From an uncultured Cryomorphaceae bacterium (GTDB lineage Bacteria > Bacteroidota > Bacteroidia > Flavobacteriales > UBA7430): DNA of 64,000 bases. The position numbers and the translations under genes are program-made. The DNA lies in assembly GCA_964516765.1 (NCBI GenBank), contig CAZEWZ010000003.1, forward strand, positions 14,692-78,691, written 5' to 3'. Below, in pieces: positions 59,594-64,000 of the stretch (positions are counted from its first letter, which is position 1; the number at the start of each line of letters is the position of its first letter). A model generated the notes under the pieces. The model did not search any database and was not told where the DNA came from. It worked only from the letters and a program-made list of their open reading frames with translations.

Positions 59594-60538
59594 TTATTTT
59601 ATTTCGATTAATTCTACATCAAACTCCAATGTGGCTTTGGGCGGGATAACTGGAGGATGACCGTTATCTCCATAAGCCAAGTGATGAGGAATTATAAAAG
59701 TGGCTTTTCCACCCACTTTAAGTTCTGCAATTCCTTCATCCCATCCTTTAATGACCATTCCACTACCTAAGGTGAAGTCTATTGGTTCTCCACGTTCTAC
59801 GGAGGAATCAAATATAGTGCCGTCCATTAGACGACCTGTATAATGGACAGAAACTACTTTTCCTGCTAACGCTTCTATTCCTTCTCCTTTAATCTCATTG
59901 GCAACAATAAGTCCAGATTTTGTGCTTCGAGCATTGGGATATTTTTCTTTGATTTGATTCAAGACCTTAATTGCCTCTTTCTTTTGTTTTTTTTGATGAT
60001 TTTCTTCAAAGTTTTTCACTTCATTGGCGAAGATTGTCGGAGCATCAAATTTAATTGCTGCCTTCCCAACTCTGTTTAGTGTAATGTTTTCTAAAATATC
60101 ATCTTGAGTAATCGAATTTACAACATCCATTCCTTCGATTACGTTTCCAAAAACAGTGTGTTTGTTGTCTAACCAATCTGTTGCAATGTGTGTAATAAAA
60201 AATTGAGAACCGTTTGTTCCAGGACCAGCATTTGCCATAGATAAAATACCAGGGCTGGTATGCTTGAGTTCTGGATGAAATTCGTCCGGGAAATTGTATC
60301 CAGGCCCACCCACACCTGAACCTTTGGGGCAACCTCCCTGCACCATAAAATTGTCAATCACACGATGAAACTTTAATCCATCGTAATAGGGAGTCTCAAT
60401 ATTTTTTTCCTTATTGGGGATAGTTCCCTCTGCTAGTCCAATAAAATTAGCCACCGTCATGGGACATTTTTCAAATTCCAAATTCAATAGAATTTTTCCT
60501 TTGTTGGTTTGCATTTCTGCATACAATCCTTCTTTCAT
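59594..60538 (-). CDS. dual-domain peptidyl-prolyl isomerase (cyclophilin-FKBP fusion), no signal peptide
   Basis: Cyclophilin half ([30 protein letters not shown]) and FKBP half (VHYTGRLMDGTIFDSS...GWDEGI...IPHHLAYG). The ORF-track start at 60556 is a TTG. I prefer the ATG at 60536-60538, 1 nt after the upstream stop. Confidence 0.85.
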   Translation of the reverse strand: MKEGLYAEMQTNKGKILLNLEFEKCPMTVANFIGLAEGTIPNKEKNIETPYYDGLKFHRVIDNFMVQGGCPKGSGVGGPGYNFPDEFHPELKHTSPGILSMANAGPGTNGSQFFITHIATDWLDNKHTVFGNVIEGMDVVNSITQDDILENITLNRVGKAAIKFDAPTIFANEVKNFEENHQKKQKKEAIKVLNQIKEKYPNARSTKSGLIVANEIKGEGIEALAGKVVSVHYTGRLMDGTIFDSSVERGEPIDFTLGSGMVIKGWDEGIAELKVGGKATFIIPHHLAYGDNGHPPVIPPKATLEFDVELIEIK

Positions 60539-60539
60539 T

Positions 60540-61613
60540 TTACTCAGTGATTTCAATTAGTTCTACATCAAAAATTAATGTGGCATTTGGAGGAATCACT
60601 CCTCCAGCTCCTCGCTCTCCATATGCAAGTTGAGAGGGAATAATAAACTTTGCTTTTCCACCAACAGAAAGTAACGCCACTCCCTCATCCCATCCGGGAA
60701 TTACTCTTCCAACACCCAAAGGAAATTCAATCGGTTCTCCACGTTCTATTGAGGAGTCAAAAACTGTTCCATCAAGTAAACTCCCCGTATAGTGAACTCT
60801 GACAGTTTGAGAGACTTGAGGTTTTGGACCTAGGCCTTCTTTTTCCATAAAATACATCAAACCGCTTGTTGTTTCAGTAGCACCTTTAGTTATTTCGATA
60901 AGCTCTGATTTTTCTTGGGCTGCTTTTTTAATAGACAAAAGTTTGGCTTCAGCTTGAGCATCAATAAAGACATTTGGCGCATCAAACCTCTTTGCCTCTC
61001 GGCCATTTCTGATGATGACAATCGAAATCAGTGTATCATTCTGTTCAATATTGTTTACGATAACTTGTGATAAGGAATCAATGGCGTGACCGAAAATAGA
61101 ATGTTTATTGTCGAGCCAAGGGGTATCTTTGTGTGTAATGAAAAACTGAGACCCATTGGTGGTAGGACCAGAATTTGCCATGGATAAAATTCCCGGACCA
61201 GAATGTGATAGATCTGAGTGAAATTCATCTGCAAATTTATAACCAGGATCTCCCTGTCCATTTCCTTGGGGACATCCACCTTGAATCATGAAGTCCTTGA
61301 TTACTCGGTGAAAAATCAAACCATCATAATAAGGCACGCCCAGATCTTTTTCATCATTCTGAATACTTCCCTCAGCCAAACCTACAAAGTTTGCTACTGT
61401 TAGGGGAGTTCTTTGAAATTCTAATACTAAGTTGATTACTCCTTTGTTGGTGGTCATTTGAGCAAACATTCCTCTGTCTGAAAGACTTTTGGGCTCTAAT
61501 AGTTCTTTTTCATCGCCACTTTTTACTCCTGTAGAAGTTTGTTCTCCTTTGGAAGCGCAGGACTGGGCTCCAATACCAAATAAAATTCCGCAAACAAAAA
61601 TCACTTTTTTCAT
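60540..61613 (-). CDS. dual-domain peptidyl-prolyl isomerase (cyclophilin-FKBP fusion), probable lipoprotein
   Basis: Signal peptide with cysteine ([21 protein letters not shown]). Cyclophilin half ([30 protein letters not shown]) and FKBP half ([16 protein letters not shown]...GWDEGV...IPSQLAYG). Confidence 0.85.
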   Translation of the reverse strand: MKKVIFVCGILFGIGAQSCASKGEQTSTGVKSGDEKELLEPKSLSDRGMFAQMTTNKGVINLVLEFQRTPLTVANFVGLAEGSIQNDEKDLGVPYYDGLIFHRVIKDFMIQGGCPQGNGQGDPGYKFADEFHSDLSHSGPGILSMANSGPTTNGSQFFITHKDTPWLDNKHSIFGHAIDSLSQVIVNNIEQNDTLISIVIIRNGREAKRFDAPNVFIDAQAEAKLLSIKKAAQEKSELIEITKGATETTSGLMYFMEKEGLGPKPQVSQTVRVHYTGSLLDGTVFDSSIERGEPIEFPLGVGRVIPGWDEGVALLSVGGKAKFIIPSQLAYGERGAGGVIPPNATLIFDVELIEITE

Positions 61614-61672
61614 TTTATATTTTTTAAAAATTAGATGCTAATATACTTCATTTATATCGCTCAATTTTTATT

Positions 61673-62719
61673 TTAACAATCTTTAGCATTGGCGATAAGT
61701 TCCATTTCGAAATCTGGTAATACTTTTTTAAATTTTGTAATTGCATCTTCTATTGATCCATGATAAATTCCACCAGCAGCATTTACATGTCCACCGCCGT
61801 TAAAATGAGATTTTGATAGTAAATTCGCACGAAAATTATTTTGACTTCGAAAAGAAATTTTGACTCTGTCTTTATCTTGCACAAAGAAGGCTGTAAGTAT
61901 AATATTTTCAATGGATAATGCATAATTAACAAAACCTTCTGTATCTCCCTTCACAAATTTAAAACGCTCAAGTTCTTCAGAACTTAAGCTCATGATGGCT
62001 GTTTTGTATTCCTCTAATACTTCCATCTTTTCATTAATGCAATAGCCAAGTAGTTTTAATCTACTTTCTTTATTGTTGTCAAAGAGTTTTTGGTGAACTC
62101 TAGAGGTGTTTAGTCCAATTTCGATAAGTTTTGCGGTTATAATGTGTGTTGTTGCATTTACTGACGAGAAACGAAAAGATCCTGTATCTGTTACTATGCC
62201 TGTGTAAATGCATTTTGCGATGTCTTTATTAAGATATTCTATCCACCCCATTTTATCAATAAATTCAAATATCAATTGAGCGGTAGAAGATGCTCCAGGA
62301 ACAGAATAGCTGAAGTCTGGAAATGAACTAGGATCTTGATGATGATCAATCATAACATATTTTGCAGTGGCTTTTTCTAAATAATCGAACATCATATCGG
62401 TTCGTCGTAAATCATTAAAATCAAGGCAAAATATTAAGTCTGCTTGTTGAATTAATTTTTCTGCCTTTTTTTCGTTGCCTTCGAATTCAATGACTATCTC
62501 GTTGTAGGGAAGCCAATGAAGGAAAGGTGCATAATTGTTGGGTACAACTAAACTAACTTGATTACCTAATCGCAGTAAAATTTGATATAGAGCCAACGAC
62601 GAGCCCATCGCGTCTCCATCGGGACTTTTGTGGGTGGTTATGAGTATATTTGGCTTCTTTTTAAGTATATTTTTAAGCTCAGAATAAATTTTATTTTTCA
62701 TAGTTGCAAAATTAGTCAT
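61673..62719 (-). CDS. nrnA: DHH-family phosphoesterase (NrnA-like oligoribonuclease/pAp phosphatase)
   Basis: 348 aa. DHH motifs HKSPDGDAMGS, MIDHHQD and DTGSF, and a DHHA1 GGGH motif. Confidence 0.8.
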   Translation of the reverse strand: MTNFATMKNKIYSELKNILKKKPNILITTHKSPDGDAMGSSLALYQILLRLGNQVSLVVPNNYAPFLHWLPYNEIVIEFEGNEKKAEKLIQQADLIFCLDFNDLRRTDMMFDYLEKATAKYVMIDHHQDPSSFPDFSYSVPGASSTAQLIFEFIDKMGWIEYLNKDIAKCIYTGIVTDTGSFRFSSVNATTHIITAKLIEIGLNTSRVHQKLFDNNKESRLKLLGYCINEKMEVLEEYKTAIMSLSSEELERFKFVKGDTEGFVNYALSIENIILTAFFVQDKDRVKISFRSQNNFRANLLSKSHFNGGGHVNAAGGIYHGSIEDAITKFKKVLPDFEMELIANAKDC

Positions 62720-62806
62720 TTAATGTGAAAGTGACTTCAATTTGCAATCACTTGTCATATTCAAATGTTTTTACTTAAATTCGCCGCGATTCAAAAACAA
62801 AATACA

Positions 62807-63226
62807 ATGACAACAAACAGAACTTTTACCATGCTCAAGCCCGATGCTATTCAAAATGGCAATATCGGTGCAATTTTAGAAAAAATAAACGCTGCTGGTT
62901 TTCGAATTGTCGCAATGAAAATGACTCATTTGACAAAGGCTGATGCAGAAGCATTTTATTCGGTTCATGCGGAAAGACCTTTTTTCGCTGACTTAGTTGA
63001 ATACATGACCTCAGGGCCAATAGTTCCTGCTATTCTCGAAAAAGATAATGCAGTGGAGGATTTCAGAACATTGATTGGTGCTACCAATCCTTCAGAGGCA
63101 GCTGAAGGAACAATCCGAAAGATGTATGCAGAGTCTATTGCTTCAAACGCAGTTCATGGGTCAGATTCTAATGAAAATGCTGCTATTGAGTCAGCTTTTC
63201 ACTTTTCTGCAAGAGAAAAATTTTAA
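62807..63226 (+). CDS. ndk: nucleoside-diphosphate kinase
   Basis: I moved the start to the ATG at 62807 ([14 protein letters not shown]). The active-site motif NAVHGSDS is present. Confidence 0.95.
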   Translation: MTTNRTFTMLKPDAIQNGNIGAILEKINAAGFRIVAMKMTHLTKADAEAFYSVHAERPFFADLVEYMTSGPIVPAILEKDNAVEDFRTLIGATNPSEAAEGTIRKMYAESIASNAVHGSDSNENAAIESAFHFSAREKF

Positions 63227-63258
63227 AACTACTGCGCATTTAAATTTCACATATGTTT

Positions 63259-63291
63259 AAAAAAAAGCCGCTTTACGAAGTGGCTTTTTTT
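63259..63291 (+). terminator. intrinsic terminator downstream of ndk (shared with the convergent pepC)
   Basis: GCCGCUU-uacg-AAGUGGC (7 bp, with one G-U wobble on the plus strand and a UACG loop), flanked by A8 and T7 runs. The T-run overlaps the pepC stop codon. Confidence 0.75.
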
Positions 63292-64000
63292 AATCGATAT
63301 TTAATTTTTTTCTTAGTTTTTTCGGGATAGCATTTTTATGTAACATAATATCCATCGTTTTATATTTTACATAGGCCTCAGAGGCATAAAAGTACCCATC
63401 ACAATCATTGTAATTGGTTCCCCAAGAATTTTTTATGATATAGTATTTTTTGCCCTTTTGATCTTCAACGATTCCAGTCATATGCATTCCGTGATCATCT
63501 GTAGTTTCATAATTATCAAATGCTAACTGTCTAATTTCTTGTGTGATTTTTTTCTCCTCACAGGGAGCCTCAAAGACAGTAATCTCTTTGCTTGATTCAG
63601 TATCCGAATAGCTTTCATTGTCTTTACTAGATTTCTTTATTTTAGCACCATCTTGAGGAACTAAGGCTAATCCATCCTGGAATGAGAAACCAACTTCGGA
63701 TATATCAGATGCCCATGCAATTGAATACTCATTCATTAAAGCATTGTCAATGATACTTACCATTTCATCTATTGGACAATTATATACTTTTTTCATCATC
63801 CAATTGTCCGGAACTTCTAAAATAAATTCTTCATAAAAAGGGTGGTGAGTAAATGAACTTATAAATACATAATCTTTTGCATTGAAATTTAAAGATTTTG
63901 TAAATGATTCTGGGCTATATTCTTTACCACGATAGTTAAATGTTGATGGTACTTTTCCTAGGTAAGTATCTAAAACGGCTTCAATTGCTGGCTTCCATAG
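63290..64000 (-). CDS. pepC: aminopeptidase C / bleomycin hydrolase-like C1B cysteine peptidase, C-terminal part (5' end outside the window)
   Basis: The reading frame stays open upstream of the ORF-track start, to the window edge (LWKPAIEAVLDTYLGKVPSTFNYRGKEYSPESF...SSFTHHPFYEEFILEVPDNW). The C-terminal part has HGMHMTGIV (catalytic His) and KNSWG motifs. Confidence 0.8.
   Translation of the reverse strand, partial: LWKPAIEAVLDTYLGKVPSTFNYRGKEYSPESFTKSLNFNAKDYVFISSFTHHPFYEEFILEVPDNWMMKKVYNCPIDEMVSIIDNALMNEYSIAWASDISEVGFSFQDGLALVPQDGAKIKKSSKDNESYSDTESSKEITVFEAPCEEKKITQEIRQLAFDNYETTDDHGMHMTGIVEDQKGKKYYIIKNSWGTNYNDCDGYFYASEAYVKYKTMDIMLHKNAIPKKLRKKLNID

Noticed and set aside
59594-61613. The tandem PPIase genes might be an assembly duplication artefact.
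   Set aside because: The two copies differ throughout at the nucleotide level, with only short identical runs. They also differ in length, linker and N-terminus, so they are genuine diverged paralogues.

Overview
This 64-kb window looks like core chromosome from a low-GC Bacteroidota organism, probably Flavobacteriia-like. Supporting signs are a 287-aa sigma-A type RpoD, a long-form NusB, DUF1573 and DUF3276/PUR-like proteins, a PorT-like barrel, T9SS C-terminal sorting domains, recurrent TAnnTTTG -7 promoter boxes and no Shine-Dalgarno signals. By my hand tally of gaps about 93% is coding. I call 58 CDS (two cut by the window edges), two pseudogenes, one structured ncRNA candidate, one small tandem repeat, six intrinsic terminators and twelve promoter candidates. 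The content is overwhelmingly housekeeping:
- RNA metabolism: pnp, rpsO, rny, DEAD-box helicase, nrnA, nusB.
- Central and nucleotide metabolism: fba, rpe, purB, ndk, udk, deoxynucleoside kinase, accD, aminotransferases, leucine dehydrogenase and a fused E1 alpha/beta 2-oxoacid dehydrogenase.
- Menaquinone steps: ubiE/menG, mqnA.
- Cell division: ftsE, zapA.
- Translation: prfC.
- Envelope and ion transport: BamA-family protein, M23 peptidase, TonB-dependent-like barrel, TrkH-like and SLC12-like transporters.
- Secreted T9SS cargo.

I saw no tRNA or rRNA genes, CRISPR arrays, transposases, integrases, phage genes or recognisable defence or toxin-antitoxin modules. I could not find a convincing novel multi-gene system, so the window reads as ordinary. 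The items most worth a second look are:
- An approximately 185-nt strongly structured RNA candidate between zapA and rny (41933-42116). It may be 6S-like or an rny leader.
- The only sizeable non-coding stretch (8723-9889), which holds two decaying genes.
- A tandem pair of cyclophilin-FKBP fusion immunophilins.
- A divergent DUF2797/GH3 pair of unknown function.
- An apparent ligand swap in the TPP motif of the fused E1 enzyme.

Several ORF-track starts are N-terminally over-extended or use TTG, and I corrected them from sequence context.
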